Source: Rhizodiscina lignyota
Taxonomy: Eukaryota
Direction of reading: 5' to 3'
Assembly: GCA_010015805.1 (NCBI GenBank)
Contig: ML978129.1
Coordinates: 62,001-126,000 of the forward strand
Length of the DNA stretch: 64,000 bases
Positions within the stretch are counted from its first letter, which is position 1. Every line of letters starts with the position of its first letter. The position numbers and the translations under genes were made by a program. The notes beneath the pieces were generated by a model. That model was not told where the DNA came from and made no database searches. It worked only from the letters and a program-made list of their open reading frames with translations. Below are positions 23,285 to 36,259 of this stretch, in pieces.

Positions 23285-26200
23285 CTAATCTACGCTGCTC
23301 TGTCTCAACACCTTCTCTCTCTCCAACCTTCCCCTCAGTTCCTCATTTTCCACCCTTCCCTCTTCAAGCCTCTTCCTCGCACCACTCCTATCCAACAATC
23401 TCGCCTCCCTCTCAGCCTTCAATCTTCTCTCCAACTCCTTCAACCTGTGAATCCACCTCGCTTCACTTGGCTGCAGCGGTGCCTGCGTTATACCACTCGC
23501 CCTACGTCCATGCCTGGTGCCTGGCACGCTGGGGCTTGGTGATGCCTCGTTTTCCTCGGGAGCGGCATCCGGAATCGTGTTAAGGGCCTGGGCATGAGTA
23601 TACATGTTGTGCTGCTGATTCTGGCCCTGGATGCCTTCGATCGCTGATGTCGTGTATCCACGTATCAGAGACGGCGCCATCGTATGACTAGTGCCTCCGC
23701 GAGACGGGCTTCGCATAGCCTCAACCCCCGTGGATTCGGCGATGCTGCTAGCGCGCGTTGTTGGGCCGGGAGAGGTTTGACGGTGGAAGTTGAGCTCTGC
23801 TTTGAGCAGCTTGTTTTCGGATTTTAGGCGCGCGTAGTCTGGGCCGTCATGGCCCGAGCGGGAAGAGGTTCGTGATGCGCTGCGACCGGTTCTGGACGAG
23901 CGCTCTTTGTTGGGCGAGAGACCAGGGTCGATGATTCGCTCAAGCTGCTCGAGGCGCTTGACTCTCACATCGAGAGTGTGTTCAAGCGTCTGGAAGTCCT
24001 TCCACAGGTCCTTCTCGATGTTCCGGATCCTACTTCTGAAACCCCCGACAATGCCTTCAACCGTCTTGACAGCATGGATGATATTGCGGTTGAAGCCCGA
24101 AAGGTTCTTGGCGATAACCTCCAGGGACGGCACCTGTCCATCGACAAGTGTGTTCTGCTGCGCCCAGTCTGCTCCGCAGAGGGTGCTGAGTCGGTGCCAG
24201 AGTGCAAGGAGGAGATTATTACGGTCAGTGAGTTGATCTTTCATCTTATCCTCGAGCACGGCCATCTTTCTTCTGTCAACACCTCGCTGTGTCTCGAGTT
24301 CGAGAACCTTAGACTCGTGCGATTGAATGGTCCTTGCATTCATCTGGTGTGAGCGCTGGGCGTGGTCGAACTGCTGTCGCTCCTGCCTACGCGCAAGGCG
24401 CTCCTTGTCAAGCAAGTCTGATAGTTTGCGGGACTCGAGGCCTGTGCTCTCTAGTAGTGCATCGCGATTGCGAAGAAGGCGATCCCTTTCGGCGAGATGC
24501 GCACGCGTGAGGTCGAGTTCTTGGACGGTCTTGTCGAGAGAATGCTGGAGGTCTTGGATATCCTAGAAACTAGATTAGCAATCGACCTATAGTCCGGCAA
24601 CTGAGATGACTGGAGATATACCCTTAGGAAACTTGTTCTCGTGCCGTTGATATCTCCCAAAGCCTCTCTCAGATTGCTTTCCAACGTATCGAGCCTCTCC
24701 TTCCAGGTGCTCGCCTCTACCTCCTTGGTGCTGAGCTGCTTTCTTAACTTTCGTACTTCGTCCCTCGCCTTGCCCAGCTGCACATTGAGTTCGTCGATCA
24801 ACTTCTTCACTTCGTCTTTCTCTTGGCTGTCGATGATCTCCCTCTGGCGTCTTTCCTCTTCCAATCTCTCCTTCTCTTCTTGGTATGCGGTCTGCGCGCC
24901 TACAAGGCTCGCTTCGAGCTCACCGATCTTGATTTTGTCACCTTCCTGCTCCTCTCGAAGGAACGCAACCTCGCCTTGCGTTGATTCAAGCTGAACTTCC
25001 AGCCTCTCGTTCTTGCTATTAAGATCTTGTATGCGCTTCTCCAGCTCATCGATCTCCCTCTCACTCTCTTGTACGTCATTCTCCAGACTTTGAATTTTCC
25101 TCCTCTTGCCTGCCATGTCATCTTCAAGCTTGACCAGGCTCTCACTGACAGCCTTCATCTCCCCTTGCAGCACAGTGAAATCCTCACTCTTAGCCTCCAA
25201 CTCGCCACCCACCCTTGCCAACTCCTCCTCCTTAGCAGCAATCGCATCCTCCAGTTCTTCAATCTTCTCAATGGCCTCCTCATGCAAGCCCTGCAGCTCG
25301 GCTTCCTTATCCTCCAGCGACAGTAACGCTTCGTCCCTCTCTGCCTGGAGACCCTGCAAATCCTCAACAAGGCCCTCACGCTCTTCCAGTAGCTTCTTAT
25401 TCTCCCCCTCCGTAGCTTCTAACTTATCCAAATGTTCATTGAGCGCGCTCTCCAAATCTTGATTCATCATCTTTGAGTTGGCCAGCTCGTCACGCACCTC
25501 GCTGACCTTGCGCTCCCACTCCTCGCGCTCGCGTTCAAAGTCGCTTAGGTCCTCTTCCATAATTGCTTCTGTGCCGCGCGTCATGCCCGTTGTGCCGGAG
25601 AGTCTACTTGCGCTACGGCCGTGGCCGGCATGTGGATCGGCCATCTGTCGCGCTTGGCCTGCTCGACTGACACTACGCTCAAAGATGGAGTCACCTGCAA
25701 CGCTACGTCCGCCGAGACCAAGGCCTTCAGTGCCAGCACGACGAGCGTGAATTTTCAGATCTTCAATCTCTTGCTGCAACCGCTCGCGCTCCCTGTTTCG
25801 TGATGTGAGCATCGACGTCTGAGCTCCAAGGTCGCGTCTAAGTTCCGCATTCTCGTGCTTGAGCTGTTCAATGGTAGCTGAGCTCGCTGCAGTAATCGAA
25901 TCAACCGCTGTTGCGGTGGTCGGCCTGCTGCTAGGGCCATTTAAGCCGTTTTGGTCAGCAGGGAAAGAGCCTTGCGTAGGAAGAACAGGGGCTTGTGACA
26001 TGCCATCTGCTGAACGTGCAGACGTATTGTCTCCTTGGGCATTATGATATGAGTACTGCTGGCGCTTGTTGATGTGGTAGGTATTTCGGACGTGATTCGT
26101 AGTCATATGGCCGCTTGAGGTCGGCCGCTGCTGAAGCTGGCCTTTGAGCTGTCGCACCTCTTCGCGCAGCCTCTGCGCATCCTCGTCTGCTTGTTCACGC

Positions 26201-28269
26201 CTCGCAGTCTCAGATTGCAAGAGGTCCTTCCACATGTCCATCGCTTCTTCCACGCCAGCAGAAGCCTCATGATGATCAGCGGATTGCCTTCGCTGCGAAT
26301 CGGTGACATTCTTGAGGTGCCCGGCCAATTTGCGGCGCTCGACCTCTCGCGCCATGCCGTCTTCGCGCAGCCTCTCAACCTGAGTCTCGGAGTGCTGCAG
26401 GCATTCACGGAGGTAGATTATCTCCTCCTCTAGTTCGGCGTATCTGCTCCCAGCGCTCTTGTCTTCGTCGCTTTCTGAAGGACTTGGTCTGCCTTGACCT
26501 TGCTGCTCCTCAAAGCCTTTGATCTTGCGCTCCAACTCACGCACTTTCCGACGCAGCGTCTGATTTTCCTTCTTCTCGTTTGCAAGATCCGTCTGCAATT
26601 GCACATTCTTGCCGATCATATCCTTTACACCCTCGTCGGAGCGATTCTGCAGCGCCTGGTCCAAAAAGTGAATTTTCAACTTCAGGTCAAAATTCTCTTT
26701 AGAAAGCTTGTCGATCTTGCTGTTCTGTTCTTTCAGCGTAAGATTGCTCTTCGCACCGGCAGCGCTTGCTCGCGCGCTGAAGCTGACGCTACTTGTTCGC
26801 TTGTCTGGGGAGTGGTTTGCTGACGCCTGTTGGTGCGTCCTGAGATACTCTCGCGCAACTGTGTCAGGAACGCGGATGTTGCGCACATGCTGAGCAATGA
26901 CAGTGTCTGTTGGATTAGCAGTCGTATTTAAGCCCGTCCATGCCGCATCCGCTCGTGGTGTCGCAGGCTCTCCAAGCTCATCCAGAGGTTCTAATCCACT
27001 ATTATGTGCCGACAACCTCGGTCGCTCGCTTCCAGAAAAGTTGCTGTCGTGAAAATCGCTAATCGACGAAGATATGCTACTCGCACTTAGAAGCCGGCGA
27101 GATATAGGTCGACCAAATATGCCATTTGTCGCTGGAGCAGCACCCCCGGACTGAAGAGCAAAGTCTGCCCCCACTGTGATATCGCTTCCTTGTGTACCAT
27201 CAAGACTGAGGTCGGAACGGTGGCTCAACGATGAGACGGAAGAGAATTGTGAGAGTTGTCGGGAATGTAACGCGGAAGGTCTATTGTGGGCGGAGGAGAA
27301 ATTCGATTGTGGTGACATGAGAGGGTCATCATCTGTGACAGAGGGTTCTGAGGGTTCGTGATCGTGCTCCGAGTGAGCGGCCGCATCTTGGGGTCGGATG
27401 GTCGTTGTGGGAGAAGTTGTTGCTGGATGTGTGTAAGTCTGTTCGGGCGTCTGGGCTCGTTCAGAAGGGACTTGCGCTGCTTCTGATTCATCTGCGAGCG
27501 GCTGGTCTGTCACAGATGCTCCGCGACTTCGGCTTCGATTTCGCTGTGCGGCCGCTGCTGAGGGCGACGAAGGTTGGGCTTCAACCGCGGATGTGTCGTT
27601 GTCTTCTTGTGATGTTTCGGCCTCGAGCTCCTCCCGCGTAGGTGCTGGTGTCTTGTACGCATCCGCAGGCGTTGCCGGACTCATCGTCTCCAATTCTTCG
27701 GTGGTGTCTGCAGCGTTGGCATCCTCTGTCGCATCATTGTCTTCCCGCGCGTCTCGAAGACCATTACCAGGCGATCCTCCAAACAGAAACGTATCATCCG
27801 CGCCTTTTATTACGTCCTGCTCGCCCTGTATCATCGCTGCAGAAGGCTGCTCGGGCATAAAGCTCGACTCAATGTCCATGAGTTTCCTCCGCATATTGTG
27901 CTCCACCACCGCGCTATCTTCGTTCGCATTCGAATCGTCCACGTCGCTTCTCATCACGCTGCTGTCTTCCGCTCCGGCCTTCCCCTCGGTCTGAGAGTTG
28001 TCATCTTGCTCCGAAGGTAATGGGGGTAAGTCTGCTTCTGAACTCGGCGGGTCAGGCAGCGACTCTGTATGTAGATGCGCGTCTGAGGTCGTCATGTTGA
28101 TCGCACCGGGGATATCGATGCTTTGGATGTCGTCTACATGTGTCAATGTATGAGCTGGCAATTGCTCAGGTTCGGGCGACAAGGGCGGCGGATCTGAAGA
28201 AAGCTGGTAGTCTGGCACGCCGTGCGTGCTTGGATCTGTATCGTTGTCTTCTCCGACGCCAGGATCCAT
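23285..28269 (-). CDS. apsB: ApsB/Mto1 centrosomin-family gamma-tubulin complex receptor
   Basis: CM1 motif LTLKEQNSKIDKLSKENFDLKLKIHFL, long coiled coils, and C-terminal RWIHRLKELERRLKAEREARLLDRSGARKRLEE. Intron 24563-24621. Confidence 0.9.
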
Positions 28270-29217
28270 GTTTGAAAGAAAGTTTGCGGCGTGCGCAGGT
28301 GATCCCTGGTAGGGGATAACTTTCTGTGATGTCCCAAGACCCTAGTCGCGGTGTCGGGGTGTCGTTGCTGTGGTGTAGCAGATGTTTTGGGCGCAGACGT
28401 GCCTGAGCGGAGAAACAACGATCGTCGGTCGCGAAAACACAACACGTCTGCACCTGCGTTCTCCTGCCGCAGAATTAGAGGTCGCGCAATATGGTCGAAG
28501 GCGCCGTGAAGGTGATCAGCACAATAGGAGGGGAGATATGTTGTTGCTTCGGACTGCTGGTCACCTGCAGGGGTTCGCGTCCAGCTTTCGAGGTTCCATC
28601 TCGCCGCGGGCCGCGCTAAGCCCAACGGATGCCGGTGCGCTTAACCTAGAACGGCATGGTGCGCGGTTGTGCCAGGCGCTGAAACAACGCCCACGCCAAG
28701 ATAAAAAGCTACATGGCCATGACATGCGTGGGAGAGGCTATACAACTCGAGTCAGTTCTGTAGAGCCTCAAAGTTTCCTTTCAGGAAGACAGTATACACT
28801 CTCTATCGGTGCGGAACCAGAACAGGAATTGAGTTTATTTTGCAATTTGGCATCTACGATAAGTCTTCTGCGACCATGATCCTCCACATGCAAGCTAAAG
28901 GGGAATCATCCGGCAGTCAGCCGCAAGTATCCATAGACCAGTTACACGAAGCAAGACGAAGATTCTGCAATGTGCAGCTCACGCCTTGTTGTTCCTCTTA
29001 ATGGTCCGCCGTTGCGATCTGTGCGTCATGCCTTACGGATGGGAATGGATCCACGTAGAGCCTGTACTCCGTACCTGAAGTCAAGCTGCAAGCAGGACCT
29101 CCGAACACCCTCCGATCTTTGCACCCACAACGCAGGTTATATTGACTTGTGTCATGAGCTGTGTAGCAGCCCCATCACCCTCCAGACAAACCGGTCGGAA
29201 GGTGATGAAGAATGCAT

Positions 29218-31362
29218 TCATCCAGATCCCCCCATGTTGAATCTGCGACTCTTCCACTTTGCTTCGCCTTCTCTTCTTTGCCTGCTCTCTCCATTGTCAA
29301 TTTCAACGTAAGGTGCCGCAATATGTCGCGCAGGAAGAGAATCATCTAGTTGCACGGTTTCCTCATTGCCTTGTGCCCCTGGGCGAAATTCCCCATCAAA
29401 GGAAGCCTCGTAGAACATTTGCTCAAACAATATGGCCTTGGGCAGGTCGAAGCATCCGTGAACAAGTAACGTTCTCTCAGGAGGCAGCGTTTCTCTGTCC
29501 AATGTTGACAAAGCTAGAGACGATAGGATCTGTATATGCTGCGTTTCTCGACTGATGCCGCGAATGAGGCCCACACCAACTAACCGAGATTTGCCTGGAT
29601 CTAGCGGTGTCGTATACTTCCCGGGTTGATGGTTAACATACGGAATGCCGTCTTCTCCTTCGTAGCAGATATCAAGACTTGACATATAATCCGAGTCTTC
29701 AACCAAGACAATTGATATTAGCGATGCATCGAGCAAAGAGCGCAGTTTTCCTTTGGGTAATGAGCCGGGGAAGCATAGGACCGCGGCGAAATCAGGACTT
29801 TCCGATGCATATGATACGCACAGAGGCTTTTGACTCATGAGAAGAACGTCACTCCATGCAGTAGAGCTGCCAAAGTCTCGCGATTGGTGGAACCATGATA
29901 GCAGATGCATGTCTCGCAGCTCATCTGCAGTCCTCGAACCGCTGGTAGCTTGAACGGAAGCGGCTTCATGCAACGATCCCGAAGAACTTGCCAGTGCTAT
30001 GTCGTCCAGGACCTTCGGTGGTCCTCGGGCCGAGGATATTGTATGCGTTGGACGCACCGCCCTGAGTAGCGACATCGTGATCGCACTACTGAAGCCTTGC
30101 TGGAGACTGGGAAATTTGATGATAATCGGAAGACTTGCAAGGGATGAACTTGATAGGGTATTCGATGAGGAATGCAAGCATGCTTGAAATAAATTTAAGG
30201 CACATGCAATGAAGTGTTCTTCGTTGTCCTTGGGCCCATTCAGGGGAATTGGATGGGCGCGGATAATCTCAAAGGCTTTGCTTTCGTGCGCATACATATG
30301 AGTGTATGCGGGCCCCAAAAGTGGTTTTTGCACCAAGTAAGCTGTGATCTGCCCATGGAGGGAGAGCTCTTGCGAAGCATGGTCTAAGTCGATGAAGAAC
30401 AACGCCTGGAAAGGTTCTCTCAAGCGTGTCAAATGACTATTCAGTAGTGCCTTGGAGATGACAGACTTCCCAGAGGACTTAGGACCAATAACGGCAATGA
30501 CCTGCCTGACAGAACGATCCAGATATGGCACACTTTCTGGAGGAATCTCGAGAGGACGCAGATATCTCTGCAACGCATCTTCGGAGGAATGAAGAACCTA
30601 TGCTCCATTAGCTTTTACAGCTACAGAGAACTGCCTAAAATATAGAATATCATACAGTGTTGAATGATCTTCGAGCAAATGAGACTGATTCTGTATCTTG
30701 ATCTAGCGATTCATTCCAGATGCGGCGAAAGGAAGGCGAGAAGCGATTCAATAAAGTCAACCGGTTGACAGCCTTGGGAATAGACAGGAAAGAAACCTCG
30801 GCACTACGTGGTGAGAGACATTTGATTAGCGGTAATGCGTGTGTCGTTGGAGCATATATGGTCTGCGGTTCCGATCCTTCGTGGAGTGTTGCTTTACAGA
30901 CTTCTACGGCACCGCGTCGGACAACAAGACGATACAGGCCAAGGCAGCATATAGTTTGTCCCTCTTGGAGTCTGACCGTTAAGCAATCTGGAGAGTCTTT
31001 GACGATGTTGTCCGATGATCTAATCCACGTGCAAAGTGGCTCATCTCGGCGAGTAGGCTGAAGAACAAGAGATTCATAGTCCTCGATATCCTGGTCGGAG
31101 AAGTCACCATTCTCTTGGGTATCTACAGAGTTGAGAACCGATGTTAATGCATGCTCTGAGGCGTCCAAAAGTCCATCGTTGCCATTAGACGGGAGGACGA
31201 TATCCTTCCGATTTTCGTGGGTTGCTTGCTGTCGAGCTTTTGCAGCAGCGAATGCGCTGATTGGTGCTATGGAATCGTCAATATTGTCTAATATAGGCAA
31301 ATGAAGGGCAAATTACTAGAAGATCCCGTCGAACTTTCATCTAATTTCCGTCTTTTACTCAT
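29218..31362 (-). CDS. GRC3: Polynucleotide 5'-hydroxyl kinase Grc3/NOL9 (pre-rRNA processing)
   Basis: P-loop IGPKSSGKS, FIDLD and GLIRGI. N-terminus MSKRRKL...SAFAAAKAR. Introns at about 31267-31316 and 30598-30655. Confidence 0.85.
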
Positions 31363-31591
31363 AATTTTGGATGTAAGCCCGTCTTGAAAACGTGAAGTGG
31401 AGTTGAGAGGTTATTGAGAAGTTTGATGCTCGGCTTTGATTGGTTGAATGCAACACCCATGAGGGTTCTCCAATTCTGCCACCGCCTTCTGGAAATTTCA
31501 TCTTCGCGCCAATCTTCACATCGACTCTTTCATATTTACTTCTGTACAATGCATTTACCTTTATTGGCGCCTCGGTGAGGCAATTTCGACT
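31363..31591. promoter_or_regulatory. Compact bidirectional promoter GRC3/RPA34
   Basis: 229 nt between divergent ATGs. Contains GAAATTT (31492-31498) and two GCGCCAA copies in opposite orientations. Confidence 0.6.
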
Positions 31592-33055
31592 ATGGTCAAA
31601 TCTAATGGCACTTCGAGCGTGCCTCGCACGAAATCGAAGCAATTGTCGAAAGCTCGAGAACCTCCGAAGAAAACCGCGCCTCTAAGCCAGGAATTTATCG
31701 AGGATAGCGACGACGACTCGACCACTGGGCCCGCCAATGGAACTGGAACTACGAAGCAAAACAGACCGGTCGTACAGTCTGTGAAGAAGGCTACACCAAC
31801 GAAACTAAAGAGTGGTAAAGCCGCTCAACCATCGCGACCCTCCCCTTCGAGCGAAAGTAGTGACGACGATGAACCGGACGCGGACAGCCCATTGTCTTCA
31901 AAAGCTACGCGTGTCAATGGTGTGAAAGGCGGGGCAGCGAAGAGCAAAGATACACAGAATGGATCAGGAACGTCAGAAAGTGACGCCGGGAATGATAGCG
32001 ACTCGAGTTCGGAGGATGCTGAGTCGCAAGCACCCAAAATGAACGGTTCCGCAGCACAGGCGGAGGATACAGACAGTGATCCTGATGAAGCAGAGAGTGG
32101 CAGCGATAGCGAAGACGACTCAGACAGCGACGACGCAAGCAGCTCCACTTCAGCATCGGACGATGGGTTAGTATATCTGAACTACAGTGAAGGGTTATAC
32201 ACTAATACATTTCCGTGAAGCAACTTGAGTCCACCAAGAAACCATGTCAGCCAAGCTCGACCTGTGCGCCCCTTCCACCCACCACCCGGATTCAAAGTGG
32301 TCAGGCCTTCCGATACTTCTGCAAGCATGGCGGACCTACATTCTGCTATAAAGGCGGGACACCAGATTTGGCATATCTCAGCACCAAAAGGTGTACCGGT
32401 GACCTCGATCAAGGAAATGGCGCTGCAAAAAGCATTACAAGGAGAGCCTGTTCTGACATTCAAGGACATTGATTACTGCTTCAATGCTGAGGATCAGCAA
32501 AATTCCAGCAAGCTACTGATCCCCAATTCCGATGGCTACGGAGCGTCTCCCGTGAACATCACTCAGACATTATGTCTGCAGCAAGTTGTCAAACTGCCAA
32601 ATCTCTCCGCTAAACAAGCGGACCCTCTGCGTGGATCTGATGCAGCTGCCCCACTGAGAGCTCCGGCGATCAAAAGAAAACGAGAACAGCCAGGAGGCCT
32701 TCGGATGCGTTTCCAGCCTATCGGAGTCATTGATAATTCTTCAATTGGAGAGGATCCATCGATTGATCCAACGAGTGCGATTCCGCAAGTGGGCAAAGCG
32801 GAGTTCCGGGTTCCTCCCCCGCTACCTAAGAGTGTGATGAATAGTGCGGAAAAGAAGAGGAAACATGATGAGACTCTAGAAGAACGGGCTGCACGGAAAG
32901 CAGCGAAGAAGTCTCAGAAAGCGGCAAAGAAGACAGACAATGACGCTATCTCAGGCAAACGAGACTCCGCGCCTAGCGCAAAGAAGCCTAAGTCGCAAGA
33001 AAGCGGCGAGAAGAATAAAAAGAAGCATATGCCCACGCAGGATACGAACGGTTGA
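31592..33055 (+). CDS. RPA34: RNA polymerase I subunit A34.5-like protein
   Basis: LSQEFIEDSD, an acidic Ser-rich N-half, QIWHISAPKGVP, QPGGLRMRFQPIG and a Lys-rich tail. Intron 32167-32220. Confidence 0.8.
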
Positions 33056-33695
33056 GACGACGAGACATCAACGACGCCAATAATCTCATTCATGATGCCT
33101 CGAGGGCGAGGCTGCGCTATCCGCTTCTCACGGTATCCAGGTCCGTCCCAAGAGAGCAGCGAATAGCGCACCTCCCAGGGATGGGCCTTCTGAGACCAGT
33201 CCTGAAAGATGCAGGAAGCGAAGAGTGGTCCTGCCGTATGCCCCCATGGTGACGCGGCCGTGCTGTTCACGCTTGCTGTCGTCATGCAGACGGATTTTAT
33301 GTATTTATGAACATTTTTGCGATATAGCTTATGGCCAGAGGGCTCTAGAAGAATGCATGCAAATGCAAACATTTTTCAAGAAGAGCTGCTATTGGCTAGA
33401 CAGTCAACTGGTGGATTCTTGCGGGTCTCAAATACCAAAGTCCTGTTATTGGTATCTTCAAGCTCAACTCAGAGATTATACATACAACCCAAATCAAAAA
33501 GCAACCTTTTAATTGCGTTGTTTGAGAAGCTCCGTCACACTTGAATAATCCTGAATTCAACGTATTATATCAATGGCGCGGACTACGGAATAGCAACCAT
33601 CACATCCTAAAGCGGTTTAGCTTCGAAGTCGCCTCTCAAAGACTTCGATCCTCTGACCTCCATCTCCTCCTCTTACTACACCTTTGCGGTAGAGA

Positions 33696-34531
33696 ATGCT
33701 TCGCTATGTTGTCAATCCCAGAGCTCAATACATACAGTCGGCTTTACGTATCTCGTCTTTCGTGAAGCGTCCATTTACAACCCCCAAAGGGGCCACTCCA
33801 AGCGAGCAAGACATTGCCGCGGCACGCAAATGGCTGGCAAAGTTTGACGCCGAGACGATTCCAAAGTCAATTTGCGAGGTTGACTTTAGCCGAAGTTCTG
33901 GACCAGGTGGACAGAATGTGAATAAGTACGTTTAGGAGTATCTTTCTGATTAATCCTAGCTTGATATCTCTCAAGAAACAACGGCTACACTCCACGTCTT
34001 CAACGCCCCTGAACAATTCAGTTCATCATCATGCTACGCTCCAGATCCTTTAGTGCTGTTATTGTTTGTGTAATTATGATATTCTGACTATCACAAAGAG
34101 TAAATTCCAAAGCGACACTTCGCGTCCCACTATCTTCACTGCTACCTCACATCCCACCGCTCCTCCACCAACTAGTCCGCAATTCTCCTTACTACGCAAA
34201 GAACTCCGACTCTCTGCTCATCCAGGCGAGTGACAGCCGCAAGCAGAGAGACAATCTGCATGCATGCTACGTCAAACTTGATCAGGTCGTCCTCGATGGA
34301 GCGGCCAAGTTACTCCCGGGAGAGACGAGCGAAGCCCAGAGAGAGCGTGTAAAGAACTTGTAAGTTACCTTGTTCCCTATTTGTCGTGTAATTGTGCTGT
34401 TGCCTCTGGGAAAAGGGGAGATTTGGCTTGCTGACTTGCGCTGCAGGCAGAAGGCGGATAACGAACGGAGGATAAAAATGAAGAAGGTGCATGGCAGCAA
34501 GAAGAGCTCGAGAAGAGGAGACTGGGACTAG
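33696..34531 (+). CDS. Mitochondrial peptidyl-tRNA hydrolase / ribosome rescue factor (ICT1/Pth4, RF-1 GGQ domain)
   Basis: FSRSSGPGGQNVNKVNSKATLR after splicing. Introns 33926-34098 and 34360-34446. Basic presequence and basic C-terminal tail. Confidence 0.9.
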
Positions 34532-34595
34532 GCACGGAAGCTCCCAGTCGTCGTAGTCTTTACAGAACAAATGTTCCGTGATCCCCGTACGTCTC

Positions 34596-35989
34596 TCAGC
34601 CTTTTGGCTTCCCTAGTGCGGATTGCATCTGGAGCAGTTCCTCATTTGTGCCAAAGTGTTTCATACCAATTCTCAGCAGGTCCACCGCTTCTTCGGTGCG
34701 TCTATCGGATTCGAGGTTCCTGATAAACTTGAGGAAGTGGGCTTGATCCAAAGTTTTCATGTACCGGCGGACTGAGGCAGAAATTACTTTCTTCAGGCTT
34801 TCATCGAGTTGGTCCTCTCGCTCTAACGGTAGCATCCAACTGGTCGCATCTTCGACAATCTCGTTCTTCTTCGCAGGCATTTCATCCAATACTCTGTTGA
34901 TCGAATTGATACTTTGTCCGAGTGCCGCCGGGAGTTCTGGTGAAGTGATTGCCAGTCCCACGATTGGCATCTTGAATTCGCATAACAAAGTCGCCAAAGA
35001 ATCTGGAGATATCGCATGCATAGAGTCGAGAATATGCTGGAGGATATTCTTGAGCGATGGCACTTGTGCAAATTTGGCGAAAGTGTCGAAAAACTGCTGA
35101 GCGAGCCGAGCATTGTTGCCAAATTGCTTCATCGCCGCGTCAAACACAGCAATTGGAATCGCTCCAGTGAGTACCGGTGCGGATTCCAGATGCTGCAGAG
35201 CAGCTTCGTTCGTGGCCTCATTCTCGGCGAGGCGTGGATTGATATCTTCTGCCGTGAGTGCAGGAAGTGCAATGGTATCAGCATCCATATCATTCTGCCG
35301 TCCTTGATTCTCTTCAGCAGATGCGTCTGAACCATCCAAGCCCAGTATTCTTCGTCTTGCCGCAATTTTGGCAACGTAGATCATCTCCAACTTGCCGTAC
35401 TCGACCCAGAGCATCTTGTTGCTCTCACAGAACCTGAGTCCCCTCTGCATGTATCCCCTCGCAGCTTTAATATCTCCATCGTGTTCCAGTGCATAATTGG
35501 CCGCAAAGACCCACAAATCAGGCTTTGTTGGATGCAATCTTAGACATCTTGTCAACAGCTCCTCTACCTTCTTGTTTGCCTTGCATTGTCGCGCGTACTC
35601 AATATACTGCATCCAAAGGCTCAGATCACCGTAAAACTTCTTTGTCGCGCGTTCGAGTACATTATAGATTCGTCGCTGGCCAGAATGGAGCGGTGATTTC
35701 ACACCGAGTCGCTTGATACGTTTGCGACGGAGGAGGTCGAGGTTCATCTCGTACGTGGCATAGCGAGCGTAAAGTGAGGGCGAAGCATCCCGAGAATTCA
35801 ATAGGTGTTCAAATTGCGAGCGCTGCTTGGTAATTGCGGTTATTTCTTCCTAGAAATAATTATTAGCTTTCCGAAATACACTTTGATAGGTTAACGAACT
35901 TTGTTGAATATGTTCTTCCTCTCATACTCTTGCAATTCCGGAATGGATTGCTCCAAATAAAAGCGTGCCTTATCGCTGGTGGCAGCCAT
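34596..35989 (-). CDS. UTP6: U3 snoRNA-associated protein 6 (HAT repeats)
   Basis: MAATSDKARFYLEQSIPELQEYERKNIF, YATYEMNLDLLRRKRIKRL and ARGYMQRGLRFC. Intron 35850-35899. Confidence 0.92.
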
Positions 35990-36259
35990 ATCTGAAACAG
36001 AAGCTTGTTGTCGAAATGATAAGTTGCGGTGGAAATTTATTTTGGACCTCTCGTTAGCTCGAAATCTTGGCGCTCAAGCCACCGATGCTCCGTAGGGCTG
36101 AGCCGCGGTGATTGGCGCATCTTTTCAGGAGATCCCGAGAAAGATATCTACCACCTGTCCACTGCTCCATAACCCTGCCCTTTCACTTCTTGACGCTCCT
36201 TTCACTTCTTTTCTTTTGAGGTGCATGGAGAAGCAGTTTTGAGTCACCCATCGGCCAAT

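Noticed and set aside
33060..33300. Possible TPP riboswitch or SECIS in the RPA34 3' region (CTGAGA, ATGA)
   Set aside because: The remaining conserved elements are missing and there is no relevant gene context.
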